A DNA stretch of 64,000 bases from Gemmatimonadota bacterium (GTDB taxonomy: Bacteria > Gemmatimonadota > Gemmatimonadetes > Gemmatimonadales > GWC2-71-9): the NCBI GenBank assembly GCA_036679605.1, contig JAZDCZ010000251.1, positions 32,001-96,000 on the forward strand. Reading direction: 5' to 3'. Shown piece by piece: positions 48,701 to 59,594 of this stretch (within the stretch, counting starts at the first letter, position 1; every line of letters begins with the position of its first letter). The position numbers were made by a program, and so were the translations under genes. The notes under the pieces are model-generated. The model saw nothing but the letters and a program-made list of their open reading frames with translations, ran no database searches and was not told the origin of the DNA.

Positions 48701-50718
48701 GAAGAAAGCTCAGAGTATCCGACCGGACCGAGAACGGGCATCGTGAGCATAGCACCAATCTTCGATGAGAGTGGTAACTGCACATACCTGGTAGGATCGG
48801 TACACGACATCACCGATCAAAAGAAATCCCAGACCACGCTCGAAGTGGTTCACTCCCAGCTTCGCCTCAGCATCGATCGAATGCCCATTGCCTACATACT
48901 GTGGGACACCGAGGGCAAAGTGTTGGAATGGAATCCCGCTGCCGAGACGATCTTTGGATTCACCCACGAGGAAGCTGTTGGGCAGTCCTTCGCCGACCTA
49001 GTCGTGCCGGCTGAGGCCCGGCCCGCAGTTGATGAAGTATTACAAGCCCTCCTGACTGGGACGGAGGCTTCCTACAGTGAGCCGAGCAACAATGTCCGCA
49101 AGAATGGCACGGTCATTTCTTGCCAGTGGTTCAATACGCCCATCACAGACGACGAAGGGAGCGTTACAGCTGTCCTCTCTATGGCTATAGACGTGACTGA
49201 ACCCCAACAGTCCTTACAACGGCTTCGTGAAAGCGAGGAACGCTACCGGCTCTTGGTGGAATCGACCGGTGTCGTCCCGTGGACATGCTTGGTTATCCAA
49301 TTGATGAGTGGTTTGAGGAGAGTTTTTGGCCAGACCATATTCACCCTGACGATCGAAAGCAAGCGGTTGACTATTGCGTATCATGCACGAATCGAGCAGA
49401 GAATCACGAGTTCGAATATCGGATGATTGCGGCAAATGGTCGCGAGGTATGGATTCACGATGTCGTTTCGGTGATCTCGGATAATGATCGACCAAGCACA
49501 CTACGCGGCATCATGATAGACATAACCGATCAGAGACACGGCGAAGAGGAGAGGAGACGACTGGCAGCAATCGTCGAACGCACCAACGAGTTCATTGCGG
49601 TAGCGACACTCAAAGGGAAACTTGTCTACGTTAACAAGGCGGGACGAGATCTCGTTGGGCTGGACAAGGACTACGATATTGGCGAGTTGAAGATAGGGCA
49701 TTTCCTGACCGAAGAAGCGCTACAACAGTTCTCGGGAATGGAGACGTCGGCGGTCAATCGCGATGGATATTGGAGCGGCGAGACTACTCTGCGGCATTTC
49801 AAGACTGGCAACCTCATCCCTGTGATCGCCAACACGTTCCTGATAAGAGGTGCTGCAGGGAGCCCAATTGCCATGGCCACTGTGCAGCACGATATCACCG
49901 ATCGCAAGCGCGCGGAGCGCGAGATCCGTGAACTGAATCTCGGTCTCGAGCAACGCGTGGCCGAGCGTACGGCCGAGCTACGGATGGCAAACAAGGAACT
50001 GGAGGCGTTCTCGTACTCAGTCTCGCACGACTTGAAGGCTCCTTTGCGAGCCATCGACGGATTCTCGGCGGTGTTAAGCGACGATCACTCCAAACAGCTC
50101 AACGCGGAAGGCCGACATGTCTTGGCCGTCATTCGGCAAAACACTCAGCAGATGGGACAGCTAATCGACGACTTGCTCACGTTCTCGCGCGTCGGTCGGA
50201 GCGATATGCAGTCTGGTGAGATCGACATAGCTGAGCTGGCTGGGACCGTGTTCCAGGAGCTGCGATCGGCGGTACCTGAACGGTCCATCCGGCTGGAGCT
50301 GGGACCACTCCCCTCAATTCACGGCGACCGTACGATGATACGCCAGGTGTTCGTCAATCTGATCTCGAACGCAATCAAGTTCACGGGACCCAGGGAGCAG
50401 GCTGTCGTCGAGATCGGTTGCGAGGCCAAAGACGGTGAACACATCTTTCATGTCAAGGACAATGGCGTAGGGTTCGACATGCAGTACGTCGACAAGCTAT
50501 TTGGAGTTTTCCAGCGTTTGCATTATGCCGATGAGTTCCCGGGCACGGGAGTGGGATTGGCAATAGTGCAGCGTATGATCGGCCGGCACGGGGGGCGGGT
50601 GTGGGCCGAGGGTAGGCTGGACGAGGGGGCGACGGTGTTTTTCGCACTACCATCTGGCGAGGAGACAGCCAATGGAACCGCAGGCCGTGGAGATTCTCCT
50701 GGTGGAGGACAATCCTAA
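45797..50718 (+). pseudogene. NarX/PilJ-type sensor, multi-PAS histidine kinase split by a frameshift near 49280 (ORFs 45797-49426 and 49279-50718)
   Basis: P-box-like DALILNLAGRQRMLSQRI between transmembrane helices; many PAS domains; one PAS domain continues across frames (VVPW / DMLGYPIDEW); HisKA/HATPase in the second ORF. Confidence 0.8.
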
Positions 50719-51133
50719 CGACGTGGAGCTAACGCTCCGTGCGATGGACAGACACAATCTTGCCAACAAGGTTCAAGTCGTGCGGGATGGATCGGAGGCC
50801 CTGGAGTTCGTGTTCCGCACGGGCCAATATACCGAGCGAGCGATCGAAAACGTACCGAAACTGATTTTGCTCGACCTCAAGTTACCCAAGGTGGACGGGC
50901 TGGAGGTGTTGCGCAAGCTAAAGGGTGACGACAGCACAAAGATTATTCCAGTAGTGGTACTGACCTCATCCCGAGAGGAACGAGACATCGTTGACAGCTA
51001 CAAACTCGGGGTCAACAGCTATATTGTGAAGCCCATCGAATTCGGCAAGTTCGTGGAGGCTGTCTCGCAGGTCGGACTGTATTGGCTGCTGATCAACGAA
51101 CCGCCTCCGGAGTCCAACGGCCACCGCAAATGA
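50672..51133 (+). CDS. Single-domain response regulator (Rcp1-like)
   Basis: [20 protein letters not shown] and GVNSYIVKP. Confidence 0.93.
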   Translation: MEPQAVEILLVEDNPNDVELTLRAMDRHNLANKVQVVRDGSEALEFVFRTGQYTERAIENVPKLILLDLKLPKVDGLEVLRKLKGDDSTKIIPVVVLTSSREERDIVDSYKLGVNSYIVKPIEFGKFVEAVSQVGLYWLLINEPPPESNGHRK

Positions 51134-52536
51134 CGTCAACGGCCGGCCACACGCGCGTCCTCGTGGTAGACGACGACGTAGCTGAACTCACCCGCTGCGT
51201 GGCTTCGTTACGCGAACTCACTGGTACAGAGATTGTGAGCGAGAAGAAAAGTAGAGACGCGGTGATGTTGCTGGCCGCAGAAAGCTTCGACCTTCTCATA
51301 ACAGATCTGCGTATGCCTGCGGTGGATGGCCTCGACCTCTTGCGAATAGCACATTCTCACGACCCCGAGCTACCGGTTCTCATTCTCACCGGCTATCCCT
51401 CCGTTGACACCGCAGTCGAGACTCTCAAGCTCGGCGCAGCCGACTACCTCACGAAACCGGTGAACACGGATGAATTGGTGACGGTAGTCCAACGGCTGTT
51501 GGATACGCAGCGCTTACGAGGCGAACACAGATTCCTCCAGCGTCACATGGACCGCGAATACGCGTTCGATGAGATCGTGGGCACCAGCCATGCCATGCAA
51601 CAGGTTTTCGACACCATCAGGAAGTTGTCCGAATCAGACCTAGACGTACTGATTGTAGGTGAGACCGGGACCGGTAAGGAACTCGTGGCGCGCAGCATCC
51701 ATCGGAACAGCAAACAACGGACGGGTCGCTTCGTGCCGGTGGACTGCGCGGCTATCCCTGAGAATCTACTGGAGAGCGAATTCTTCGGACACGAGCGCGG
51801 CGCATTCAGCGGAGCGAACGCCAGAAGCATCGGCCTCATGGAATTTGCCGACGGCGGAACGCTCTTCTTGGACGAGATCCACGCACTATCAACACCGCTG
51901 CAGGCGAAATTGCTGCGGGCGCTGCAGGAGCGAAGCTTCCGGCGCGTAGGGAGCACGCGAGAGATTTCAGTGGACGTCAGGGTGATCGCTGCCGCAAACT
52001 GTGACCCAGCCGAACTTCTCTCCTCAGGTCAGTTGCGAGAAGATCTGTACTATAGAATTAATGTCGGTCGTGTTGAGCTACCGCCATTGCGTGAGCGGGC
52101 AAAGGATATCCCACTACTTGCAGATTATTTCGTGAAACACCTGGGGCGAAAAACGGCAAGACATTCCGCTGAGTTCTCTGCGGATGCACTGGAGATCTTG
52201 ACCGCTTACCAGTGGCCCGGAAACGTGCGCGAACTCCAGAACACCGTCAAGCGAACACTCGCTATGACGGAGCTAGAGATCATCACGGCCGATCAGTTGC
52301 CGGAGGAGATCGTATCCGCATCAGTTGCTGGGGGAAGCTCAAGAGGAGATGCCTTCTTCACACTCAAAGCCGAACGAATAGCAGCGTTCGAAAAGGAGTA
52401 CATCGTCAACCTGCTGCAACAGCATCGCGGTGACGTGACCGAGGCGGCTCGGCACGCGGAGCTTCCGCGTGGGACCCTCTATCGACTGATAAAGAAGCAC
52501 GACCTTTCACCTGTGGGGTTTCGTACCTCCGACTAG
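51130..52536 (+). CDS. Sigma54-dependent (NtrC-family) response regulator
   Basis: Receiver; [32 protein letters not shown]-terminal HTH. Confidence 0.95.
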   Translation: MTSTAGHTRVLVVDDDVAELTRCVASLRELTGTEIVSEKKSRDAVMLLAAESFDLLITDLRMPAVDGLDLLRIAHSHDPELPVLILTGYPSVDTAVETLKLGAADYLTKPVNTDELVTVVQRLLDTQRLRGEHRFLQRHMDREYAFDEIVGTSHAMQQVFDTIRKLSESDLDVLIVGETGTGKELVARSIHRNSKQRTGRFVPVDCAAIPENLLESEFFGHERGAFSGANARSIGLMEFADGGTLFLDEIHALSTPLQAKLLRALQERSFRRVGSTREISVDVRVIAAANCDPAELLSSGQLREDLYYRINVGRVELPPLRERAKDIPLLADYFVKHLGRKTARHSAEFSADALEILTAYQWPGNVRELQNTVKRTLAMTELEIITADQLPEEIVSASVAGGSSRGDAFFTLKAERIAAFEKEYIVNLLQQHRGDVTEAARHAELPRGTLYRLIKKHDLSPVGFRTSD

Positions 52537-52867
52537 GCGCATCTCGGTTTGCGCTAGTATGCCAGTGGCCCCTTCGCATGCCGGCCTGGTTACGAGCCAA
52601 TCAAGGTGAATTCGACAGAGAACCGTCACACTAGTGTGAATAGCCCATCCGACCTGTCACGTTTCTGTGACTGTTACGTAACGTCTTAATACATATAGAC
52701 TTATATGGTCTAACCTTTCAGCTGGACGGCAGGCGCGCTGCTCGTTTCACAACCAAGTGACAACAAAGCAACCCTATCTCCGTTCCCTGCCCTGCCATCC
52801 GCCCTGTAACCCATTGACTGCACACGGGTTATAGGCGTTTCCAAATTCTAGCGAGCGCTCGTGTTTT

Positions 52868-52884
52868 TCGGCACACCTCCTGCT
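52868..52884 (+). promoter_or_regulatory. Candidate sigma54 -24/-12 promoter
   Basis: TCGGCACACCTCCTGCT, GG-N10-GC; upstream TCAC-N6-GTGA palindromes at 52626-52762. Confidence 0.55.
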
Positions 52885-52938
52885 TTTCTGAAAGTCAGTA
52901 CAGCATCACGCAGCCGACTACTCCGAGAGAGCGAGAAG

Positions 52939-53379
52939 ATGGATTCGATGCACGGCGGCTTAGAAGTACTGTTGGTAGAGGACCTGGCGACTGACGCGGA
53001 CCTGGCATGCCGCGCAATCAGCCGAATTGGCGCACAAATATTCGTGGCCAGAGATGGGGCCATGGCGCTGGACTATTTGTACGGGCTAGGAGCCTACTCC
53101 GAACGTAAGGGGGAGCCGCGCCCCAGCCTGATCTTGCTTGATCTGTCACTCCCCAAGGTATCCGGGCTCGAAGTGCTGCAACGCGTCAAGTCCGACGAGA
53201 GAACAAAGCACATTCCTGTCGTGGTGCAGTCGTCACTTGGAGAAGAGGCATACGTCAGCGAGAGTTACCGACTGGGTGCGAACAGTTTCATCGTCAAACC
53301 CTCGAACAGTGATGAGTTCGTAACGGTGTTCGAACAGGTTGCGCGCTATTGGCTTTCACTCAACCAGCATGCGGTTTGA
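52939..53379 (+). CDS. Single-domain response regulator
   Basis: LLVED, LLDLSLPKVSG and GANSFIVKP. Confidence 0.88.
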   Translation: MDSMHGGLEVLLVEDLATDADLACRAISRIGAQIFVARDGAMALDYLYGLGAYSERKGEPRPSLILLDLSLPKVSGLEVLQRVKSDERTKHIPVVVQSSLGEEAYVSESYRLGANSFIVKPSNSDEFVTVFEQVARYWLSLNQHAV

Positions 53380-53384
53380 GTAGA

Positions 53385-54530
53385 ATGGAAACGGTCGCGT
53401 CGCGCAGATGGCCGGTCGCGGCAAATGCGCCCAAGCTCGAGTTCGATCACGGCCGGCCGGTGGACTCGATACAACAGACCATACTGGTGGTCGACGACGA
53501 CGCTTCCGTCCGTTCTACGGTCTCCGCAATCTTGAGGCGCGCGGGATACGAAGTGGCAACGGAAGCAGATGGAGACGGCGCACTCGATGCCGCCCGACGG
53601 TTACGCCCTGACCTAGTCCTGCTGGACATAGTGATGCCGGGCTGTGACGGCCTGGAGGTATGTCGTCAGCTCAAAGCGGACGTCGAGACTCGCCTCATTC
53701 CGGTTGTGTTGCTGTCGGGGCTGTCGGCTCTGGACGATCGTGTTCACGGGCTCGACGCCGGAGCCGACGATCTCCTCAGCAAACCGTTCGAAACCGTCGA
53801 ACTACTGGCGCGCGTAAAGTCGCTGCTCAAACTCAAACGCTACACCGACGATCTCGAGCGTGCCGAATCGGTGCTGGTAACGCTGGCAAGGAGCATCGAA
53901 GGGAAAGACCCTTACACCGAAGGCCACTGCGAGCGCCTGTCTGCATTGGCCACCGAATTGGGCCGGCGGCTGAGGCTCCCGGAGGAAGACCTCACGTCGC
54001 TGGATCGCGCCGGCATCGTGCACGATATCGGCAAGCTGGCGGTGCCCGACACGATTCTCCTCAAGGAGGGTCCGTTGACGCCGGAAGAGTGGACCATCAT
54101 ACGCAAACACCCCGCCATGGGCGAGCACATTTGTACACCAATTCGAAGCTTTCACCGAGTACTACCCATAATCCGGCATCATCACGAGAAGTTCGATGGC
54201 TCGGGATACCCCGACGGATTGAAAGGCATCGAGGTTCCGTTGACGGCGCGAGTCCTCCAAGTGGTGGACGTATACGACGCGCTCACAACCAAGCGGACGT
54301 ACAAACCGGCGTTCCCGCCGCTCGATGCGTTGGAGACAATGGATGCCGAGGTGAAGATGGGCTGGTGGGACCCCGATGTGTACGCGGAATTCCGTAGGAT
54401 GATTCTCGACGGTGACAAAGCTGCTTTGGTCCTGCGGCCCCGAAACCAAGATCGCGACGATCCGCGGCGGCGTTGGAGTCCGTCACCCCGCCCGTGCCCC
54501 CCGGAGAAAGCAAACCATGCAGCCTGCTAA
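53385..54530 (+). CDS. Receiver-HD-GYP cyclic dinucleotide phosphodiesterase (RpfG-like); start uncertain
   Basis: Receiver; KDPYTEGHCER, HDIGK and HHEKFDGSGYPDGL. Confidence 0.92.
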   Translation: METVASRRWPVAANAPKLEFDHGRPVDSIQQTILVVDDDASVRSTVSAILRRAGYEVATEADGDGALDAARRLRPDLVLLDIVMPGCDGLEVCRQLKADVETRLIPVVLLSGLSALDDRVHGLDAGADDLLSKPFETVELLARVKSLLKLKRYTDDLERAESVLVTLARSIEGKDPYTEGHCERLSALATELGRRLRLPEEDLTSLDRAGIVHDIGKLAVPDTILLKEGPLTPEEWTIIRKHPAMGEHICTPIRSFHRVLPIIRHHHEKFDGSGYPDGLKGIEVPLTARVLQVVDVYDALTTKRTYKPAFPPLDALETMDAEVKMGWWDPDVYAEFRRMILDGDKAALVLRPRNQDRDDPRRRWSPSPRPCPPEKANHAAC

Positions 54531-57282
54531 TGCAGCACCCGGCACCGGTGTCGTACGGATTCTCATACTGGAAGATGCCACTGCCGACGTAGAGTTGGCA
54601 GAGCGCGCCTTGACCAAGGCAAACATCGAGTTCGAGTCTCATTGGGTCTATACCCAGGAAGATTTCGTCAAGGCACTCGATGAGTTTGCGCCCGATGTGA
54701 TATTGGCCGACTACCACCTGCCGCGGTTCGGAGCTATGGCCGCGATTCAGACCGTGAAACAGCGTGCTCCCAACATACCGGTGATAGTTGTGACCGGTGC
54801 CGTAGGCGAAGATGTCGCGGTCAAATGCATCGAGGCGGGCGCAGCAGATTACCTGCTGAAAGATAGACTGGCTCGGCTCGGGCCGGCCGTCAGAGCGGCG
54901 CTCGCGACAAGGCGGGACACTGAAACTCGGCGGCTGGTAGAGGAGACCGGAGAAAAACGCGCAAGAGTGCTTCAAGCAGCCGTCACGAGCACTCAGAGAT
55001 CCCTGTGGGAAAGTCAGGCACAGTTCAAGGCGGTTGCCGAGTCAGCACCCAACGCAATCGTGGTGGCAAGCAACGACGGACGAATCACTTTCTGGAACCT
55101 GGCCGCAGAGAGGATCTTCGGGTATACGGCGAGCGAGATCCTGGGCCAACCGTTGACCACGGTAATCCCGGAGCGATTCCGGCGCGAACACCTGAACGCA
55201 CTCAGACGAGCCGCTTCCGCACCAGGCTCTCCAGCTCCCGTGGAACCCGTAGAGGTAATCGGCCTGGCGAAGCAAGGTAACGAAATCCCGCTGGAGATAC
55301 ATCTGGCTCCATGTACCCAGGGCGGGAACCGCTTTTTTGTCGCTGTTCTCGTCGACATCACCCAGCGTAAGGAAGCGGAAGCCAAACTGCGCCTCCAAGC
55401 GGCGGCTCTGGAGGCGACAGCCAACGGCATCATGATTACCGATCCGCACGGAGTCATCCAATGGACCAATCCCGCCTTTACTGACCTCACGGGCTTTCCA
55501 CTCGAGGAAGCGATTGGCCAGAGTATTGTCAAGTTCGGAAAGCAGGATGACGCCTACTATCAGGGCCTATGGAAAACAATTCTATCGGGTCGCACGTGGC
55601 GTGGCGAACTGATCAACCGTCGCAAGGATGGAAGCCTGTATCACGAGGAGGAGACCATCACTCCTGTGAAGAGTGAGAACGGCAGCATCACGCATTTCAT
55701 TGCAATAAAGCATGACATCACGGAACGCAAGCAAGCGGAAGATGTACTTCGCAAGTCCGAAACGGAATACCGTGAACTCGTTGAGCATGCGACCTATGGC
55801 ATCTATCACTCGGGCCTGGATGGCCATTTCCTCATGGTCAACTCGGCACTCGTCAAGATGCTGGGTTACGAATCGAAGGACGATCTTCTCAAACTCGATA
55901 TGGCCAAGGATGTGTACGCGGATCCGACCGCCCGTGCAAAGTTGATCGAGCAGCAATCGGGTCCTGATCGGGTGCGGGTCCGAGAAGTCGTCTGGAAACG
56001 TCGGGATCAAAGCCATATTAACGTACAGCTTACCGGACGTGCGGTACTAAACGCTGCAGGTGAGTTCCAGTATTTCGAGGGAATCGCCGAAGATTTGACG
56101 GAGCGCCGGTTGCTCGAGGCCCAGCTGCGCCAAGCTCAGAAAATGGAGGCCGTCGGCACACTGACCGGAGGCATCGCGCACGACTTCAACAACCTGCTGT
56201 CGATAGTACTCACCAATGCGCAGATCATGAACGAGTCGTTGCCGAAGGATGATGGTGAGTTGAAGGTCCTCCTGAGAGACATCCGTGCGGCCGCCGAGAA
56301 CGGGGCCGGCATGGTGAGACGGCTGCTGGGATTCAGCCGCACTACACCGCTCACAAAACACTCGATCGACATGGGTAGCGTTGTTAAGGAAATGTCATCA
56401 ATGCTGCGGCGACTGATTCCCGAGAACGTTACGGTGGAGGTGATCGCAGACAATGGGATCAAGGCAGTGCGTGCCGATCCCGCGGCGGTGGAACAGATCC
56501 TACTCAACCTCGCGACCAACGCACGCTATGCCATGCCGCGAGGTGGTGCACTGTCCATTGAGGTTAGCAACACAACGGTGAACGGCGACCTGCACGCGTC
56601 CTTCCCTTGGTTCGTGCCGGGAGAGTATGTACTCGTAGCGGTTACAGACACGGGCACGGGAATGGACGAGGAGACACGTTGCAAGATCTTCGAGCCGTTC
56701 TTCACGACCAAGCCGGAGGGAGCGGGAACAGGACTTGGGATGGCCATGGTATACGGACTCATGAAGCAGCACGGTGGATTCGTTCAAGTGGAGAGCGAAC
56801 TGGGCAGCGGCACCACAATGAATCTCTATTTCCCGGTTGGCGACCAAGAGGAGGTTACCCACGAACATCGTACCGTGACGGAGGACATAGCAGATCTGGC
56901 AGGCGACGAGACGATCCTTTACGTGGAAGATCAGGATGCATTACTCAGGGCGGGCACTCGAGTTCTCGAACGCAACGGCTACACGGTAATCCCAGCAGCG
57001 AACGGCCGGGAGGCCATTGAGATATTCCGCAAGCGCCGGTCGGAGATCGACCTCATACTGTGCGATCTCATTATGCCGGAGTTAGGGGGTGCGGGGGTGC
57101 TCGAGGCGCTGAGTGAATTCCAAGCCGACGTGCCCTTCGTCATGACGACCGGCTACGGAGCCAAGGATATGCCGGAAGCTTTCGACTTGACCACGCCGAT
57201 ATTGTACAAGCCGTGGACGATGGAGGAACTCCTGCGGGCGGTGCGCGGGGCGGTGGAGAAGGGCGGTAGAACTGGGCGGTAG
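54517..57282 (+). CDS. Hybrid REC-PAS(n)-histidine kinase-REC
   Basis: N-terminal receiver; three PAS; AHDFNNLL; HATPase; C-terminal receiver. Confidence 0.93.
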   Translation: MQPANAAPGTGVVRILILEDATADVELAERALTKANIEFESHWVYTQEDFVKALDEFAPDVILADYHLPRFGAMAAIQTVKQRAPNIPVIVVTGAVGEDVAVKCIEAGAADYLLKDRLARLGPAVRAALATRRDTETRRLVEETGEKRARVLQAAVTSTQRSLWESQAQFKAVAESAPNAIVVASNDGRITFWNLAAERIFGYTASEILGQPLTTVIPERFRREHLNALRRAASAPGSPAPVEPVEVIGLAKQGNEIPLEIHLAPCTQGGNRFFVAVLVDITQRKEAEAKLRLQAAALEATANGIMITDPHGVIQWTNPAFTDLTGFPLEEAIGQSIVKFGKQDDAYYQGLWKTILSGRTWRGELINRRKDGSLYHEEETITPVKSENGSITHFIAIKHDITERKQAEDVLRKSETEYRELVEHATYGIYHSGLDGHFLMVNSALVKMLGYESKDDLLKLDMAKDVYADPTARAKLIEQQSGPDRVRVREVVWKRRDQSHINVQLTGRAVLNAAGEFQYFEGIAEDLTERRLLEAQLRQAQKMEAVGTLTGGIAHDFNNLLSIVLTNAQIMNESLPKDDGELKVLLRDIRAAAENGAGMVRRLLGFSRTTPLTKHSIDMGSVVKEMSSMLRRLIPENVTVEVIADNGIKAVRADPAAVEQILLNLATNARYAMPRGGALSIEVSNTTVNGDLHASFPWFVPGEYVLVAVTDTGTGMDEETRCKIFEPFFTTKPEGAGTGLGMAMVYGLMKQHGGFVQVESELGSGTTMNLYFPVGDQEEVTHEHRTVTEDIADLAGDETILYVEDQDALLRAGTRVLERNGYTVIPAANGREAIEIFRKRRSEIDLILCDLIMPELGGAGVLEALSEFQADVPFVMTTGYGAKDMPEAFDLTTPILYKPWTMEELLRAVRGAVEKGGRTGR

Positions 57283-57320
57283 ATGGCGGTAATCAACACC
57301 TACCGCCCATTACCGCCCGG
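57251..57320. repeat. GGGCGGTAG short-repeat hairpin between convergent genes (possible terminator)
   Basis: gggcggtaga...ggcggtaat / ctaccgccc-attaccgccc; the same motif occurs at 5591-5650, 32350-32440 and 41741-41780. Confidence 0.7.
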
Positions 57321-57364
57321 GGTGAGTGGGGAGGGGTGTAGTACCGCCTTGTTATTTCGCCCTA

Positions 57365-57619
57365 TTACGCCGGGTACACGCTGATCTTGAGGCGCTTCTT
57401 GGTCTTGTGCTCGAACTTGACCACACCGTCGATCAGGGCAAAGAGAGTGTCGTCGCTGGCACGGCGCACGTTGCTGCCGGGGTGGAACTTGGTACCGCGT
57501 TGCTTGACGAGAATATTTCCGGCACGCACAACCTGCCCGCCAAATCTTTTTACTCCTAGAAACTTGGGCTTGGAATCGCGTCCGTTGCGGCTGGAGCCTA
57601 CGCCCTTCTTATGAGCCAT
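57365..57619 (-). CDS. rpmA: 50S ribosomal protein L27
   Basis: [16 protein letters not shown]...QRGTKFHPG. Confidence 0.98.
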   Translation of the reverse strand: MAHKKGVGSSRNGRDSKPKFLGVKRFGGQVVRAGNILVKQRGTKFHPGSNVRRASDDTLFALIDGVVKFEHKTKKRLKISVYPA

Positions 57620-57620
57620 T

Positions 57621-57935
57621 TCAGACCTTTACCCCGGTGATCTTGATCTCGGTGAAGCCCTGCCGGTGCCCGGTCTTCTTTCTGTAGTTCTTGCGCCGCT
57701 TGAACTTGAAGATGAAGATCTTGGGTTCCTTGCCGTGATCGACTATTTCGGCGGTCACCTTGGCACCTTTGACGGTCGGCTGGCCGGTCTTGACCTTCTT
57801 CCCATCGCTGGAAAGCAGCACTTGGTCGAACGTCACCTTTGAGCCCGGTTCGCCCTCTAGAGTCGGGACCCGGAGCGTATCGCCCTCAGCTACTCGGAAC
57901 TGGTGGCCGCAGGCTTTGAATATCGCATATGGCAT
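57621..57935 (-). CDS. rplU: 50S ribosomal protein L21
   Basis: YAIF...[25 protein letters not shown]. Confidence 0.98.
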   Translation of the reverse strand: MPYAIFKACGHQFRVAEGDTLRVPTLEGEPGSKVTFDQVLLSSDGKKVKTGQPTVKGAKVTAEIVDHGKEPKIFIFKFKRRKNYRKKTGHRQGFTEIKITGVKV

Positions 57936-57979
57936 AACCTATAACCTTACCCAGGACCGGGGGCTAGATCAAGTAGATT

Positions 57980-58041
57980 AGGGAGTGGGGAGTGGGGAGT
58001 GGGGAGTGAAATACTCCCTACTCCCGACTCACTACTCCCCC
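57980..58041. repeat. Heptamer (GGGGAGT) tandem/inverted repeat hairpin
   Basis: gggagtggggagtggggagtggggagtg ... ctccctactcccgactcactactccc. Confidence 0.8.
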
Positions 58042-58043
58042 GA

Positions 58044-59594
58044 TCATGCCACCTCATACTTCCCCGTCACGTCCCGGCCCGCCGGCTGCGAGACGAGGCG
58101 GAATTCATCCACCGGGGTGACCGGATCGTCCCGGATCTCCAGATCGACTTTGGTCATTCGCCGCATCTCCTTCAAGAATCCACGCTCTTTCTCGAGCAGA
58201 TAGAGCGCCACCTCGGGATGGAGCCGGACGGTCATCTTTTTTTCCTTATTCTCGTGAGCCACACGCCTCATCGCCCGTTCGAGTCGCCGTGAGACGACCT
58301 CTGGGCGGAACGTGCTGCCGCTGCCATTGCAATCAGGACATGCCATCGTCATGGACTCTCTTAGCGAGGGCCTGACCCGCTGCCGCGTCATCTCGATCAG
58401 GCCGAGGTCCGACACCTCAAAAGCACGAGTCCTTGCCCGGTCTTTGCCTAGATGAGACTTGATCTCCTGGAACACTCGTCTGCGATTCGCCTGGACTTCC
58501 ATGTCTATGAAATCGATCACGATGATCCCGCCGATGTCACGCAGCCTGAGCTGCCGAGCGATCTCGCTGGCGGCATCGAGATTGACTTTGAGAATTGTGC
58601 TTTCGTGGCTTTTCTTGCCGATGTAACTCCCGGTATTTACGTCGATGGATACCAGCGCCTCGGTCGGCTCGACGATGAGATACCCCCCGCTCGGCAGATC
58701 GACGCGTCGTCGAAACATCGCCCTGATCTCATCCTCAATCTCGAATTTGTCGAACAGGGGTACCGATTCGTTGTAGACCTTGACCCGCGACCTCAGATCG
58801 GGGTCCACTTGCTGCAGGTAGCGGTGGATCTCCTTGTAGAGCGTCCGCGACTCCACGAGCAGTTGGTCGACCTTGTCGCTGAACATGTCGCGAATGATTC
58901 CGCTGGTAAGCGATGCCTCCCGTTGGACTAACGCTGGTACTTTGTTGCGTAGGAAGTGCGCCTTACGGCTGATCTTCTTCCAGAGACCTATCAGCAGACG
59001 CACTTCGCGCTTGACTGTATCTTCGGTCAGGTCCTCCGCCACAGTCCGCACAATCACGCCACCCGAATCTTTGGGCAGGAATTTCGCCACCATCTGCTTG
59101 AGCCGCTGACGTTCCTCGCGTGACGGGATCTTGCGACTCACGCCAATTCTGGATGCCAGCGGCATGTAGACCAGAAACCTCCCCGCGAGGGAGACCTGGG
59201 CCGTTACTCGCGGCCCCTTCGTCCCTATCGGCTCCTTGGTTACCTGCACCAGGAGCGACTCGCCGCGCTTTAGATGATCTTGGATTTTGGGGTCGCGGCG
59301 TGAGCCGTGGCGTCCCCTGCCCCGGCCGTTACCGCGGCCACTGCCGTCCTCGTCGTCTTCCTCGGCCTCGATCAGGTCGGATGCGTGAAGGAAGCCGCTC
59401 TTCTCACCTCCGATATCGACGAAAGCCGCCTGCATTCCCGGCAGCACGGCCTCCACCTTACCAAGGTAGATGTTGCCCACCGAACGGTGGACGTCCGGCC
59501 GATCGACCATGAGTTCAACAAGGCGATCGTCCTCCATAATTGCCACGCGCGTCTCGCGCGGGCTCGTAGCTGAAATTAATATCTCGCGCTTCAA
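58044..59594 (-). CDS. rng: Ribonuclease E/G family
   Basis: GNIYLGKV...PGMQAAFVDIG S1 domain; SIDVNTG; GGIIVIDFIDM; CPDC. Confidence 0.95.
   Translation of the reverse strand: MKREILISATSPRETRVAIMEDDRLVELMVDRPDVHRSVGNIYLGKVEAVLPGMQAAFVDIGGEKSGFLHASDLIEAEEDDEDGSGRGNGRGRGRHGSRRDPKIQDHLKRGESLLVQVTKEPIGTKGPRVTAQVSLAGRFLVYMPLASRIGVSRKIPSREERQRLKQMVAKFLPKDSGGVIVRTVAEDLTEDTVKREVRLLIGLWKKISRKAHFLRNKVPALVQREASLTSGIIRDMFSDKVDQLLVESRTLYKEIHRYLQQVDPDLRSRVKVYNESVPLFDKFEIEDEIRAMFRRRVDLPSGGYLIVEPTEALVSIDVNTGSYIGKKSHESTILKVNLDAASEIARQLRLRDIGGIIVIDFIDMEVQANRRRVFQEIKSHLGKDRARTRAFEVSDLGLIEMTRQRVRPSLRESMTMACPDCNGSGSTFRPEVVSRRLERAMRRVAHENKEKKMTVRLHPEVALYLLEKERGFLKEMRRMTKVDLEIRDDPVTPVDEFRLVSQPAGRDVTGKYEVA

Noticed and set aside
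5591..58041. Short repeats as a possible CRISPR array
   Set aside because: Units are 7-13 bp or occur only two or three times, with no regular spacers and no cas genes.
59515..59594. 80-bp overlap of the radical SAM and rng genes as a frameshift
   Set aside because: Both proteins look complete; simple stop-codon drift is sufficient.
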